Assembly (NCBI RefSeq): GCF_003334815.1
Contig: NZ_QOWO01000014.1
Strand: one strand, 5' to 3'
Length of the DNA: 64,000 bases
From: Escherichia coli
Lineage (GTDB): Bacteria > Pseudomonadota > Gammaproteobacteria > Enterobacterales > Enterobacteriaceae
Each line of letters begins with the position of its first letter. The first letter of the stretch is position 1. Shown one piece after another: positions 1 to 10,663 of this stretch. The position numbers were made by a program, and so were the translations under genes. The notes beneath the pieces were generated by a model. It saw only the letters and a program-made list of their open reading frames with translations, searched no databases and was not told the DNA's origin.

Positions 1-221
1 CTTTTCAAAAGGGTATTTTGGCTTTGACATATTAGGGGCTATTCCATTTCATCGTCCAACAAAATGGGTGCAGTACAGGTTGATAGAAATATCGCCTGGG
101 GCTTTTGTCCATCTGGAACCTCGCGAATGCTTAACGCCAGACAGCCTCAAGCACCCGACGCCATTCTATACCTGATAATTCTTCCAGCGGCGTTCACGTT
201 TAAAATCAGGAATACTGCTCG

Positions 222-268
222 CAAAATAAAAACGCCCCCATCATTTCTGACAGAGGCGTTTAATTTAT
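222..268 (-). terminator. Hairpin (AACGCC...GGCGTT) flanked by A/T runs just downstream of the cysH stop; probable cysJIH terminator
   Basis: Inverted repeat around 233-258 with T-rich tract on the minus strand, immediately 3' of cysH stop at 279-281. Confidence 0.4.
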
Positions 269-278
269 CCGGCAATAT

Positions 279-1013
279 TTACCCTTCGTGCAATCCACAT
301 TCCCTTTTTAAGCCAAAGAAACGTGTTTCTTCTTCCGACATGCCAGGTTCCCATTTACGGGTTGTATGGGTATCACCGACCGATAAATATCCTTCATCCC
401 ATAATGGGTGATATTTCAGGCCATGTTTTTGCAGGTACTGATAAATAGTTCGGTTATCCCAGTCGATAATCGGCAGCACTTTAAATACGCCACGCTGAAT
501 TGCCAGCACCGGTAAATTGGCGCGGCTGCCGGATTGTTCGCGGCGCAGGCCAGCAAACCAGGTTTGCGCGTTAAGTTCTTTCAGCGCCCGGTTCATCGGT
601 TCGACTTTGTTGATGTCATTGTACTTTTCAATGCCTTCAACGCCCTGTTCCCACAGTTTGCCGTAGCGTGCTTCCTGCCAGGCGGCGCTTTCGGTAGCAC
701 GGTACACTTTCAGGTTGAGCTTGAGTTTGTCCGTTAACTCGTCAATAAAGCGGTAGGTTTCCGGAAACAGATAACCGGTATCGGTGAGGATCACTGGAAT
801 ATCCGGCCGAATCTGATTCACCAGATGCAGGCTCACCGCCGCCTGAATGCCGAAGCTGGAAGAAAGCACATATTCACCGGGCAGATTATCCAGCGCCCAG
901 GCTACGCGGCCTTCAGCGTCCAGTTTTTCCAGTTGGGCGTTAGTTTCCGCCAGCGCCAGAATGCGATCTACCTTCGGCAGTTCGTTCAGGGCGTTTAGAT
1001 CGAGTTTGGACAT
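279..1013 (-). CDS. cysH: Phosphoadenosine phosphosulfate (PAPS) reductase, 244 aa
   Basis: ORF track 279..1166 trimmed to ATG at 1013 ([12 protein letters not shown]...); C-terminal ECGLH motif; operon position after cysJ-cysI. Confidence 0.95.
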   Translation of the reverse strand: MSKLDLNALNELPKVDRILALAETNAQLEKLDAEGRVAWALDNLPGEYVLSSSFGIQAAVSLHLVNQIRPDIPVILTDTGYLFPETYRFIDELTDKLKLNLKVYRATESAAWQEARYGKLWEQGVEGIEKYNDINKVEPMNRALKELNAQTWFAGLRREQSGSRANLPVLAIQRGVFKVLPIIDWDNRTIYQYLQKHGLKYHPLWDEGYLSVGDTHTTRKWEPGMSEEETRFFGLKRECGLHEG

Positions 1014-1034
1014 AGATTCCTCACTGTTTGCCTT

Positions 1035-1070
1035 GCCTGATGCGACGCTCACGCGTCTTATCAGGCCTAC
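1035..1070. repeat. REP (repetitive extragenic palindromic) element between cysI and cysH
   Basis: GCCTGATGCGACGCTCACGCGTCTTATCAGGCCTAC, the typical E. coli REP palindrome. Confidence 0.6.
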
Positions 1071-1086
1071 AAGACCGGGCTGATGG

Positions 1087-2799
1087 TTAATCCCACAAAT
1101 CGCGCGCCGGATCGAGCACCGGGCGAATGATGCCCGCACGCACCGTAAAGTCGCCGAAGCCTTCACCCGCTTCGCGCTCTTTCGCCCAGCGCCCTATCAG
1201 TTCATCAAGCGACGCCAGGATTTCCGGCTCGGTGATGTTTTCTTTATACATCCGAGGGATACGTGTCCCAATGCGGTTGCCGCCAAGATGCAGGTTGTAG
1301 CGACCCGGCGCTTTACCCACCAGGCCCACTTCCGCCAGCATCGCGCGACCACAACCGTTCGGGCAGCCTGTTACACGCATCACGATATGCTCATCGCTGA
1401 CACCATGTTTCGCCATTAAATTATCGATGTTGTCGATAAAAGACGGCAGGAAACGCTCCGCTTCCGCCATCGCCAGCGGGCAAGTCGGGAATGACACGCA
1501 GGCCATTGAGTTTTCACGCTGCGGCGTGACGGCATTCATTAACCCGCTCTCTTTGGCGATCTTCTCGATCTTCGCTTTCTCGCTTTCCGGTACACCGGCG
1601 ATGATCAGATTCTGGTTCGCCGTAATGCGGAAATCGCCTTTGTGGATCTTCGCGATCTCCAGCAGGCCGGTTTTCAGCGGACGCGCCGGATAATCAAGGA
1701 TGCGACCATTTTCGATAAACAGCGTCAGGTGCCAGTTATCATCAATGCCCTTAACCCAGCCAATACGATCGCCTCGTCCGGTGAACTCATATGGACGGAT
1801 CGGTTCAAATTTGATCCCCGCGCGACGCTCCACTTCCGCTTTAAACGTCTCAACCCCCACGCGCTCCAGCGTGTATTTGGTTTTGGCATTTTTACGATCG
1901 GTTCGGTTACCCCAGTCACGCTGAGTTGTCACGACGGCTTCGGCCACCGCCAGCGTATGCTCCAGCGGCAGATAGCCAAACTCACTCGCGGTGCGGGCGT
2001 AGGTTTTCTTGTTGCCGTGTTCGATGGAAAGCCCACCGCCCACCAACAGGTTAAAGCCCACCAGCTTGCCGTTTTCGGCGATCGCCACGAAGTTCATGTC
2101 GTTGGCGTGCAGATCGATATCGTTCTGTGGCGGGATCACTACCGTGGTTTTGAATTTACGCGGCAGGTAGGTCTGGCCGAGGATCGGTTCTTCATCAGTA
2201 GTGGCGACTTTTTCCTGGTCGAGCCAGATCTCCGCATACGCGCGGGTACGCGGCAGCAGATGCTCAGAAATCTTCTTCGCCCACTCGTACGCTTCCGCGT
2301 GTAGCTGCGACTCGTAAGGGTTCGAGGTGCAGAGTACGTTACGGTTCATGTCGTTAGCGGTCGCCAGCGCATCAAGACCAACCGAGTGCAGCATCTGGTG
2401 CACCGGTTTGACGTTCTTTTTCAGAATGCCGTGGAACTGAAACGTCTGGCGGTTGGTCAGGCGAATGCTGCCATAGATGGTGTTTTCACCGGCAAATTTG
2501 TCTATCGCCTGCCACTGTTTAGTGGTAATCACCCCACCCGGCAGACGGCAGCGCAACAGCATCGCGTGGCGCGGCTCCAGCTTCTGTTCAGCACGTTCGG
2601 CGCGGATGTCGCGGTCATCCTGCTGATACATGCCGTGGAAGCGGATCAGCAGGAAGTTGTCGCCCTTAAAGCCGCCGGTCAGACCGTCGTTTAAATCTTC
2701 CGCAATGGTGCCGCGCAGGTAGTTGCTTTCAAGCTTCATGCGCTCGGCGTCTGTCAGTTTTCCTTCGACCACTAAAGGCCCTGGATGTTTTTCGCTCAT
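1087..2799 (-). CDS. cysI: Sulfite reductase hemoprotein beta subunit, 570 aa
   Basis: Full-length ORF; siroheme/4Fe-4S Cys motif (TGCPNGCGR); start overlaps cysJ stop by 1 nt. Confidence 0.97.
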   Translation of the reverse strand: MSEKHPGPLVVEGKLTDAERMKLESNYLRGTIAEDLNDGLTGGFKGDNFLLIRFHGMYQQDDRDIRAERAEQKLEPRHAMLLRCRLPGGVITTKQWQAIDKFAGENTIYGSIRLTNRQTFQFHGILKKNVKPVHQMLHSVGLDALATANDMNRNVLCTSNPYESQLHAEAYEWAKKISEHLLPRTRAYAEIWLDQEKVATTDEEPILGQTYLPRKFKTTVVIPPQNDIDLHANDMNFVAIAENGKLVGFNLLVGGGLSIEHGNKKTYARTASEFGYLPLEHTLAVAEAVVTTQRDWGNRTDRKNAKTKYTLERVGVETFKAEVERRAGIKFEPIRPYEFTGRGDRIGWVKGIDDNWHLTLFIENGRILDYPARPLKTGLLEIAKIHKGDFRITANQNLIIAGVPESEKAKIEKIAKESGLMNAVTPQRENSMACVSFPTCPLAMAEAERFLPSFIDNIDNLMAKHGVSDEHIVMRVTGCPNGCGRAMLAEVGLVGKAPGRYNLHLGGNRIGTRIPRMYKENITEPEILASLDELIGRWAKEREAGEGFGDFTVRAGIIRPVLDPARDLWD

Positions 2800-4598
2800 T
2801 AGTAGACATCTCGCTGATAACGGCGCTCTACGCGCAGCTCACTTAAAAATTCATCCGCCGCTTCGGTGTCCATGCCACCAAATTCGGCAATCACTTCCAG
2901 AAGTGCCTGCTCAACGTCTTTCGCCATGCGATTAGCGTCACCGCAGACATAAATGTGGGCACCGTCATTGATCCAGCGCCACAGCTCCGCGCCCTGTTCG
3001 CGCAGTTTGTCTTGTACGTAAACTTTTTCTTTTTGGTCGCGCGACCAGGCGAGATCGATCCGCGTCAGCACACCCTCTTTGACGTAGCGCTGCCACTCCA
3101 CCTGGTAGAGGAAATCTTCCGTAAAGTGCGGGTTGCCAAAGAACAGCCAGTTTTTTCCCGGCGCTTCATCGGCAGCACGTTGCTGCATAAAGGCGCGGAA
3201 CGGCGCGATGCCGGTGCCTGGGCCAATCATAATCACCGGGGTTTCTGGATTGGCTGGCAGGCGGAAGTTATCGTTATGTTCGATAAATACGCGGACTTCG
3301 CCCTCTTCTTCCACGCGGTCAGCGAGGAAGCTGGAGGCACCACCGGCACGGGCGCGGCCTTCCACGTCGTAACGCACCACACCAACGGTGACGTGTACTT
3401 CGTTCTCGACTTCCGCCTGCGAGGAGGCAATGGAATAGAGACGCGGCGTCAGCGGGCGCAGCAGATTAATTAGCGCTTCGGCATCAAGCTGTGCCGGGGA
3501 GAAACGCACCATGTCAACAATCGGCGTCGTCGCGGCGTAATGCTGTAACTTCGCTTTATCGCCCACCAGCGGCAGCAGTGTTTCACTGCGGGTAAGCGTG
3601 GCGTAATTCTCAACAATGTTGGCGGTGTTGACGGTCAGTTCGAAGTGCCACTGTAGCGCTTCGTTCAGAGGCAACGTTTTGCCCTCGACGGTGACAGGTT
3701 CATCGCCTTTCAGCCACAGCAGTTCGACAAGTTCTTTCACCAGTGCCGGATCGTTCTGATACCAGACGCCCAGCGCGTCACCCGGCTGGTAACGCAGGCC
3801 CGAGTCACCTAAGTCAATTTCGATATGGCGAACGTCTTTTTCAGAGTTACGCCCGGTAATTTTCTGGTTAACAGAGAGGCTAGCCACCAGCGGCGCGTCT
3901 TTGCTGTACGGGCTGGTGTGGATTTCATTTACCGCGCCAGTAGCGACGGATTGCGAAGGTGCCGCGACAGGCGCACGCGATTTAAGCGCATCAACCACGC
4001 GGGCGCGCCACTCGCTGGCAGCAGCCTGGTATTCAACATCGGCATCGACACGGTCGAGCAGGCGTTCACCACCCAGTTCCGCCAGCTTGCTGTCGAAATC
4101 TTTCCCGGACTGGCAGAAAAATTCATAAGAGCTATCGCCGAGGCTAAACACGGCAAACGCGGTGTTTTCCAGCTTTGGCGCTTTTTTGGAGAACAGGAAC
4201 TTATGCAGCGCGACGGCTTCTTCCGGCGGTTCCCCTTCCCCTTGCGTTGACGTCACTACGATGAGCAGTTTTTCGCTGGCGATTTGTTTGAATTTATAGT
4301 CGCCCGCGTTCACCAGCTTAACGTTCAGTTTTGCTGCTAATAAATCATCACGTAATGCTTCAGCAACCCGGCGCGCATTGCCGGTTTGCGAGGCGGAGAT
4401 AATAGTTATACCCGGCATTTCTGCGGCTGGCGCTGGCGTCGCTGCAAGCGCAGCAGGCTGCTGATTGAGTACGCCCCAGAAATAGCCAGAAACCCAGGCA
4501 AGCTGGGTGGGAGTTAAATCGGTCGTGGCCGCCTGAAGGCGTGCCAGTTGCTCCGGGTTCAACGGAAGCAACGCGGAAGGTGGGACCTGTGTCGTCAT
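2799..4598 (-). CDS. cysJ: Sulfite reductase flavoprotein alpha subunit, 599 aa
   Basis: Full-length [24 protein letters not shown]...; flavodoxin plus FAD/NADPH domains. Confidence 0.97.
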   Translation of the reverse strand: MTTQVPPSALLPLNPEQLARLQAATTDLTPTQLAWVSGYFWGVLNQQPAALAATPAPAAEMPGITIISASQTGNARRVAEALRDDLLAAKLNVKLVNAGDYKFKQIASEKLLIVVTSTQGEGEPPEEAVALHKFLFSKKAPKLENTAFAVFSLGDSSYEFFCQSGKDFDSKLAELGGERLLDRVDADVEYQAAASEWRARVVDALKSRAPVAAPSQSVATGAVNEIHTSPYSKDAPLVASLSVNQKITGRNSEKDVRHIEIDLGDSGLRYQPGDALGVWYQNDPALVKELVELLWLKGDEPVTVEGKTLPLNEALQWHFELTVNTANIVENYATLTRSETLLPLVGDKAKLQHYAATTPIVDMVRFSPAQLDAEALINLLRPLTPRLYSIASSQAEVENEVHVTVGVVRYDVEGRARAGGASSFLADRVEEEGEVRVFIEHNDNFRLPANPETPVIMIGPGTGIAPFRAFMQQRAADEAPGKNWLFFGNPHFTEDFLYQVEWQRYVKEGVLTRIDLAWSRDQKEKVYVQDKLREQGAELWRWINDGAHIYVCGDANRMAKDVEQALLEVIAEFGGMDTEAADEFLSELRVERRYQRDVY

Positions 4599-4913
4599 GC
4601 GTCGTTATGTTCCAGTAAGCAAAGCTGTTTCTGCGCCCTGTCAGCGCCCATAAAACAGAAGAGAAGGTAAGGTTAACGGGGCAAACGGTGTGGATTAAAG
4701 ACGGGATAGCGATAACTAATAACCAAATCGACTAACCTGTTTTAGCAATAGTCTTTAACAACAAAATAGATTAACCAACCTAATGAAAAACAAATGAATT
4801 TAGCCAATCATTAAGATAAATCAGCGATTTTGCGCAACAAAGTCGTTTTAGATAATGCGAAAAAACAGCCTTTCCGGTACTCTACGGCGGTTTTATCGTC
4901 CTGTAGAGAAATT

Positions 4914-5279
4914 ATGATGTCCACCACGTTATTTAAAGATTTCACCTTCGAAGCCGCTCACCGCTTACCACACGTCCCGGAAGGGCATAAATGTGGTCGC
5001 CTGCACGGGCATTCCTTTATGGTGCGACTGGAAATTACCGGGGAAGTCGATCCGCATACGGGCTGGATTATCGATTTCGCTGAACTAAAAGCGGCGTTTA
5101 AACCAACCTACGAGCGCCTCGATCACCATTATCTCAATGATATTCCAGGTCTGGAAAACCCAACCAGCGAGGTTTTAGCAAAATGGATTTGGGATCAGGT
5201 TAAACCCGTTGTGCCGCTGTTAAGTGCGGTGATGGTAAAAGAAACCTGCACCGCAGGTTGTATCTATCGCGGCGAATGA
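4914..5279 (+). CDS. queD: 6-carboxy-5,6,7,8-tetrahydropterin synthase (queuosine pathway), 121 aa
   Basis: ORF track 4830..5279 trimmed to ATG 4914 ([10 protein letters not shown]...); CGRLHGHSF zinc-site motif. Confidence 0.93.
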   Translation: MMSTTLFKDFTFEAAHRLPHVPEGHKCGRLHGHSFMVRLEITGEVDPHTGWIIDFAELKAAFKPTYERLDHHYLNDIPGLENPTSEVLAKWIWDQVKPVVPLLSAVMVKETCTAGCIYRGE

Positions 5280-5356
5280 TAAGAGTGTGTCGGCGGTCAA
5301 TTTCCCTTAAGTAACGCTATGTTAGGGTGTTGTGTTCTGGATATCTGGGGCATGAC

Positions 5357-6628
5357 ATGGAAGACGACTGCGACATTATTATTATTGGTGCCGGTATTGC
5401 AGGCACCGCTTGCGCGTTACGCTGCGCGCGAGCGGGTTTATCCGTTTTGTTACTGGAACGCGCTGAAATCCCCGGCAGCAAAAATCTTTCCGGCGGGCGG
5501 TTATATACCCATGCACTCGCGGAACTCCTCCCGCAATTTCATCTGACCGCGCCTCTTGAACGACGCATCACTCACGAAAGCCTTTCCCTGTTAACGCCCG
5601 ATGGCGTAACGACGTTTTCCAGCTTACAGCCCGGCGGTGAATCCTGGAGTGTATTACGTGCACGATTCGATCCGTGGCTGGTTGCCGAAGCCGAAAAAGA
5701 AGGTGTCGAATGCATCCCCGGAGCGACGGTGGATGCACTGTATGAAGAAAACGGCAGAGTCTGTGGCGTTATTTGTGGTGACGATATTCTCCGCGCCCGT
5801 TATGTGGTGCTGGCAGAAGGTGCCAACAGCGTCCTGGCTGAACGTCACGGGTTAGTGACTCGTCCTGCTGGCGAAGCGATGGCGTTGGGGATCAAAGAAG
5901 TGCTGTCGCTGGAAACATCCGCTATTGAAGAACGTTTTCATCTGGAGAATAACGAAGGCGCAGCGTTGCTGTTCAGCGGCAGGATCTGTGATGACTTACC
6001 CGGCGGCGCATTTCTTTATACTAATCAACAAACGCTCTCGTTAGGGATTGTTTGCCCGCTCTCTTCCCTTACGCAAAGTCGTGTTCCGGCAAGCGAGCTG
6101 CTGACTCGCTTTAAAGCGCATCCGGCAGTGCGCCCGCTTATCAAAAACACGGAATCACTGGAGTATGGTGCGCATCTGGTGCCAGAAGGTGGCTTGCACA
6201 GTATGCCGGTGCAATACGCCGGTAACGGCTGGCTGCTGGTGGGCGATGCGTTGCGCAGTTGCGTCAATACCGGAATTTCCGTGCGCGGCATGGATATGGC
6301 GCTGACTGGCGCGCAGGCGGCGGCACAAACGCTGATAAGCGCCTGCCAGCACCGCGAGCCGCAAAATCTGTTTCCGCTTTATCATCACAACGTAGAGCGC
6401 AGCCTGCTGTGGGATGTTCTACAGCGTTATCAGCATGTTCCGGCGCTTTTGCAACGCCCGGGATGGTACCGTACGTGGCCTGCGTTAATGCAGGATATTT
6501 CCCGCGATTTATGGGATCAGGGTGATAAACCTGTTCCACCGCTGCGCCAGTTATTCTGGCATCATTTACGTCGTCACGGCCTGTGGCATCTGGCGGGCGA
6601 TGTTATCAGGAGTCTGCGATGTCTGTAG
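5357..6628 (+). CDS. ygcN: FixC-like FAD-dependent oxidoreductase (ETF-quinone oxidoreductase family), 423 aa
   Basis: N-terminal GxGxxG dinucleotide fold (IIIGAGIAG); trimmed to ATG 5357 (MEDDCDIII...). Confidence 0.85.
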   Translation: MEDDCDIIIIGAGIAGTACALRCARAGLSVLLLERAEIPGSKNLSGGRLYTHALAELLPQFHLTAPLERRITHESLSLLTPDGVTTFSSLQPGGESWSVLRARFDPWLVAEAEKEGVECIPGATVDALYEENGRVCGVICGDDILRARYVVLAEGANSVLAERHGLVTRPAGEAMALGIKEVLSLETSAIEERFHLENNEGAALLFSGRICDDLPGGAFLYTNQQTLSLGIVCPLSSLTQSRVPASELLTRFKAHPAVRPLIKNTESLEYGAHLVPEGGLHSMPVQYAGNGWLLVGDALRSCVNTGISVRGMDMALTGAQAAAQTLISACQHREPQNLFPLYHHNVERSLLWDVLQRYQHVPALLQRPGWYRTWPALMQDISRDLWDQGDKPVPPLRQLFWHHLRRHGLWHLAGDVIRSLRCL

Positions 6629-6879
6629 CCCGTAATCTCTGGCGCGTTGCTGATGCGCCGCACATTGTTCCGGCTGACTCCGTTGAGCGCCAGACGGCAG
6701 AACGGTTGATTAACGCCTGTCCGGCAGGTCTTTTTTCGCTCACACCGGAAGGTAACTTACGTATTGACTATCGCAGTTGCCTGGAGTGTGGCACCTGCCG
6801 TTTGCTGTGCGACGAATCAACACTACAACAGTGGCGCTATCCGCCTTCCGGATTCGGCATCACCTACCGCTTTGGATAA
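6619..6879 (+). CDS. ygcO: FixX-like ferredoxin-like protein, 86 aa
   Basis: Cys cluster CLECGTCRLLCD; overlaps ygcN end by 10 nt. Confidence 0.85.
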   Translation: MSVARNLWRVADAPHIVPADSVERQTAERLINACPAGLFSLTPEGNLRIDYRSCLECGTCRLLCDESTLQQWRYPPSGFGITYRFG

Positions 6880-6895
6880 ATAATAAGGATAATTT

Positions 6896-7471
6896 ATGCC
6901 CCTCTTACACCTGCTCCGCCAGAATCCGGTGATTGCTGCCGTTAAAGATAATGCCAGCCTGCAACTGGCAATCGATTCTGAATGCCAATTTATTTCCGTG
7001 TTGTACGGCAATATCTGCACCATCAGTAATATCGTTAAAAAGATTAAGAACGCCGGGAAATATGCTTTTATTCATGTTGATTTGCTGGAAGGCGCGTCAA
7101 ATAAAGAAGTCGTTATTCAGTTTTTGAAACTGGTGACCGAGGCGGACGGCATTATCAGTACCAAAGCCTCAATGTTGAAAGCGGCAAGAGCGGAAGGTTT
7201 TTTCTGTATTCATCGCCTGTTTATTGTTGATTCAATTTCGTTTCACAACATTGATAAGCAAGTTGCGCAATCGAATCCGGATTGTATTGAGATCCTGCCA
7301 GGCTGTATGCCCAAAGTGCTGGGCTGGGTGACAGAGAAAATCCGCCAACCGCTGATTGCCGGTGGGCTGGTGTGCGATGAAGAAGATGCGCGTAATGCGA
7401 TTAACGCGGGTGTCGTGGCGCTTTCCACCACGAATACCGGGGTCTGGACGTTAGCGAAAAAATTACTTTGA
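6896..7471 (+). CDS. ygcP: GlpP-like (glycerol-3-phosphate responsive antiterminator family) putative regulator, 191 aa
   Basis: Full-length ORF of the size and sequence recalled for K-12 YgcP. Confidence 0.85.
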   Translation: MPLLHLLRQNPVIAAVKDNASLQLAIDSECQFISVLYGNICTISNIVKKIKNAGKYAFIHVDLLEGASNKEVVIQFLKLVTEADGIISTKASMLKAARAEGFFCIHRLFIVDSISFHNIDKQVAQSNPDCIEILPGCMPKVLGWVTEKIRQPLIAGGLVCDEEDARNAINAGVVALSTTNTGVWTLAKKLL

Positions 7472-7505
7472 CGGGATAATCGTAACCAATTGAATTTGGT
7501 TTGAT

Positions 7506-7577
7506 TTGTAGGCCGCACGCCACATCCGACATTCAGCGCCTGATGCGACGCTTGACGCGTCTTATCAGGCCTACAAG
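7506..7577. repeat. REP/BIME repeat pair between convergent ygcP and ygcQ
   Basis: TGTAGGCCG...GCCTGATGCGACGCTTGACGCGTCTTATCAGGCCTACA palindromic units. Confidence 0.55.
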
Positions 7578-7618
7578 TCCCCAGGCCAGAACCGTAGGCA
7601 GGATCATCCGGCAACACG

Positions 7619-8479
7619 TTATTGGCAATCTGCGTGAATGTTTGTCACCAGTGCCTCCAGCACCACTTTCCAGTCATCAACCACGCCAACATCTGCCTGT
7701 GAAAATACCGCAGCGCTGGCGTCATGATTAATCGCCACCACAAACTTGCTATTGCGTACGCCCGCCATTAACGCTGCTGCGCCAGAAGCGCCAACAACAA
7801 TACACACCTCAGGTGCCAGCAGATGTCCGGAAATACCAATCACTTTTTCAGCATCAACGCCACCGTTCATCACTCGCGCCCGACTGTAGCCCACTTCGGC
7901 TCCCAGCTTTTCTGCCAGCATAGCGATTTCCTGGTTATCTGCCTCTCCGCCCTGCCCCACCACCAGCACCCGTCTGGCCTCAGCTAATGGGTCGCGGGTA
8001 ACATTTTTCAGATCCTCTGTGCTAACCAGCCAGTCCGGAAGCGCACCCGGGACAATGTTCAGTTGTTGCATTCCAGAGGGCAACGTGGCGTTTTTCGCTG
8101 CTCCCGCCTGACGCGCCAGGGAAAGGCATAGCGGGCGTTTTTCTGTTTGCAGCGTCGCCGTTAGCGCATTTCCCCAGTGGGATTTGCGCACGCTTACGGT
8201 TGGAATATCTAACGAAGTCACCTGGCAGATGCTTGCACCATGTAAACGCCAGGCCAGCCGGGTCGACAGTTCATCGCCAAACGTTCCCGGCGGAAAGAGA
8301 ACAACGTCCGCAGGCGTTCGCTGCCACTGTTCCACCAACGCATCCAGCACCTGTTCCGCCACTACAGGCTGAGGTTCAATCTGCCAGTGCGCCAGGGTAC
8401 AACCGCTGAAATCCTGCGCCGCCAGCCAGCTTGCTATTGCGGCATTCTCCTGATTTATTGTCACAATTGCGATATTCAT
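7619..8479 (-). CDS. ygcQ: Electron transfer flavoprotein alpha subunit (FixB-like), 286 aa
   Basis: ORF trimmed to ATG 8479 (MNIAIVTINQ...); 4-nt ATGA overlap with ygcR stop. Confidence 0.85.
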   Translation of the reverse strand: MNIAIVTINQENAAIASWLAAQDFSGCTLAHWQIEPQPVVAEQVLDALVEQWQRTPADVVLFPPGTFGDELSTRLAWRLHGASICQVTSLDIPTVSVRKSHWGNALTATLQTEKRPLCLSLARQAGAAKNATLPSGMQQLNIVPGALPDWLVSTEDLKNVTRDPLAEARRVLVVGQGGEADNQEIAMLAEKLGAEVGYSRARVMNGGVDAEKVIGISGHLLAPEVCIVVGASGAAALMAGVRNSKFVVAINHDASAAVFSQADVGVVDDWKVVLEALVTNIHADCQ

Positions 8480-9255
8480 GGCTGCATCCTTTGGCGTAAA
8501 TAGTCCTGCCATAGCTTTTGAGCTTTTTCTGCTACCGTTTGCCCATCAATCAGCGTCGCTCCGCGTCGTTGCTCTGCTCTTGCCAGTTGCAGACACTGCA
8601 TCGCTGGCATTTCGGCAGCAACAGTTTTACGGATAATTTCTGCTTTCCCCGCAGCCATTCGCTGGCGCATTCCCGGTACTGGCAAGGCCACTTCACCGCA
8701 CTGACGCACGGCAATCACCGCAGGCAAGCGAACCCGGCAACAACGCAACCCATGTTCAGTACGCTGTTCGAGGGTGATAAACAGCGCGTCGAGAGTGAAA
8801 CGCTCCACCTGGGTGAAGCAGGGCCAGCCCAGCATTTCCGCCAGCAAAAATGGCGTTTGCCCATTCTGCCCTTCGCTGCTTTGGCAGCCGGTAATTATCA
8901 GATCCAGCGGATTCTGATGCTGCCATTCGGCAATATGGCGAGCGACAAATTCCGGCGCAAAGCGCAGATCTGCCGCCGTCTCCAGCAATACAGCTTCCTC
9001 AAACCCAAGAGCCATGAGATAGCGCAGCCAGTGCAATGCCCGTTCATCCCCCATGCTCAACGCGGTTAAAGACATCGGCGTACCGTTTTTTCTCTGCGCC
9101 AACAGCAGCGCGGCAGCGGCCTGTTCATCAGCACCGAGTAAACTTCGCAGTAGCGAAATATCCGGTCCGCTTTTACCCTGAGCCGCCGCCTGCCACTCTT
9201 TTTCCGCCAGCATTCCGGCATCCGGTTCGGCTTTAAACGCTAACAGAATGTTCAT
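8476..9255 (-). CDS. ygcR: Electron transfer flavoprotein beta subunit (FixA-like), 259 aa
   Basis: ORF trimmed to ATG 9255 (MNILLAFKAEPD...). Confidence 0.85.
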   Translation of the reverse strand: MNILLAFKAEPDAGMLAEKEWQAAAQGKSGPDISLLRSLLGADEQAAAALLLAQRKNGTPMSLTALSMGDERALHWLRYLMALGFEEAVLLETAADLRFAPEFVARHIAEWQHQNPLDLIITGCQSSEGQNGQTPFLLAEMLGWPCFTQVERFTLDALFITLEQRTEHGLRCCRVRLPAVIAVRQCGEVALPVPGMRQRMAAGKAEIIRKTVAAEMPAMQCLQLARAEQRRGATLIDGQTVAEKAQKLWQDYLRQRMQP

Positions 9256-10570
9256 TCGCACCTCCTACATTTCCCGCCGCCACCAGCGGGAGGGCTTTAG
9301 TTTCTGGTGCCCATAGCCAGGTCACAACAAAACCAACCAACAACACTGTCGCCAGGAGCAATAAGGTGACTTGCATTCCCCACTGCGCCAGCACCCACGG
9401 CAGCAGGCCAGTACTTACCGCCGCGCCAAGTCGACTCATGGCAGTGGCAAAACCGACGCCCAGCGAGCGAATGTCAGTAGGAAAACTTTCCGCAGGCAAA
9501 ATGCCCACCAGATTACTGACTGCCGAAATGGTGGTGCTGAAGAGAACAAAAAGCAGCAGCGTTAATGAACTGCCGGAAGGCAAACAGGCCATGACTACCA
9601 GCGTTGCCGCCAGCAGCAAAAAACTTCCCAGCAAAAATTTGCGATGTGCCAGCAGGTGCGTCAGAACTAATCCCAGCAGCGCGCCCACAATTAACAACGC
9701 ATTAAGCATCAGGCTGGCAGTCAGCGCATCTTCCAGACCAATAGTCTGGGCGATAGTTGGCAGCCAGGTATAAATCACAAACCATGGGATTACGAGGCAG
9801 ACAAAGAAGACGCTGTTAAACGCCGTGCGCCGCCAGTAACGCGAAGAGAACAAGGTTTTGATGTGTTTATGGGTCGCCGTTACCACTTCATCGCCCAGTA
9901 AAACATGGGGACCAAAATAGCGATGCACGATAGCGTGAGCTTCTGCAAAACGCCCCTGGCGCAGTAGCCAGCGTGGTGATTCTGGCGTTCCCCAGCGTAA
10001 TAACGTAATCAACAACGCGGGCAGAGCTGCCGATGCCAGTAGCCAGCGCCAGGCCTCCGGGTTTTCGGAAATAAAGTGATGTCCGGCAATACTTGCCAGC
10101 ACATAGCCTACGGTCCACACCACGCTGAATGCGCCCAGCAAAATACCGCGATGGCGGCGCGGGGAAAATTCAGCCAGCAAGGTGTGACCTACTGAATAAT
10201 CGCCTCCCAGACCAATGCCAATCAAAATGCGCAGTCCAATAAGATGCTCTGGCGTGGTGGCAAAAAATTGTAAAAACGAAGCAAGCGTAATCAGCAAAAA
10301 GCTGAAGGTGAAGATTTTTTGCCGACCAATATGGTCGGAGATCCACCCAAGAACCAGGCTGCCAAGGAACAAACCAAGGAGCGCCGAGCCGCCGATCATT
10401 CCCGCCATAAACGGCGTCAGTTGCATGGCGGGCGTAAGCTGAATAATGGCGTAACCAATGACGCCGAGAACATAACCGTCGGTCAGGTGTGCGCCGAAAG
10501 TGAGCGCAGCAATGCGGCAGTGAAAACGGTTAAGCGGTAAATCATCCATTCGCACCGGTGAAGTGTTCAT
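9233..10570 (-). CDS. ygcS: MFS-family transporter (sugar-porter-like), 445 aa
   Basis: ORF trimmed to ATG 10570 (MNTSPVRMDD...); multiple hydrophobic TM segments. Confidence 0.85.
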   Translation of the reverse strand: MNTSPVRMDDLPLNRFHCRIAALTFGAHLTDGYVLGVIGYAIIQLTPAMQLTPFMAGMIGGSALLGLFLGSLVLGWISDHIGRQKIFTFSFLLITLASFLQFFATTPEHLIGLRILIGIGLGGDYSVGHTLLAEFSPRRHRGILLGAFSVVWTVGYVLASIAGHHFISENPEAWRWLLASAALPALLITLLRWGTPESPRWLLRQGRFAEAHAIVHRYFGPHVLLGDEVVTATHKHIKTLFSSRYWRRTAFNSVFFVCLVIPWFVIYTWLPTIAQTIGLEDALTASLMLNALLIVGALLGLVLTHLLAHRKFLLGSFLLLAATLVVMACLPSGSSLTLLLFVLFSTTISAVSNLVGILPAESFPTDIRSLGVGFATAMSRLGAAVSTGLLPWVLAQWGMQVTLLLLATVLLVGFVVTWLWAPETKALPLVAAGNVGGANEHSVSV

Positions 10571-10663
10571 CTTTACCCCTTTATTGTCCGGTAATAAGAA
10601 CGGCTTCTCGCCTGAGAAGCCGAAAAGGCAACGCCCCGTCATCGCGGAACGCTGCCTGACACA

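Noticed and set aside
64-411. 115-aa plus-strand ORF at the window start
   Set aside because: Runs antisense through the 3' end of cysH and the terminator hairpin; no support as a gene.
279-1166. N-terminally extended ORF-track versions of known genes (cysH 295 aa, ygcS 469 aa, mltA 433 aa, argA 465 aa and others)
   Set aside because: The track reports the longest ORF from any ATG/GTG/TTG; the shorter starts reproduce the known protein lengths and signal peptides and leave room for promoters and leader structures.
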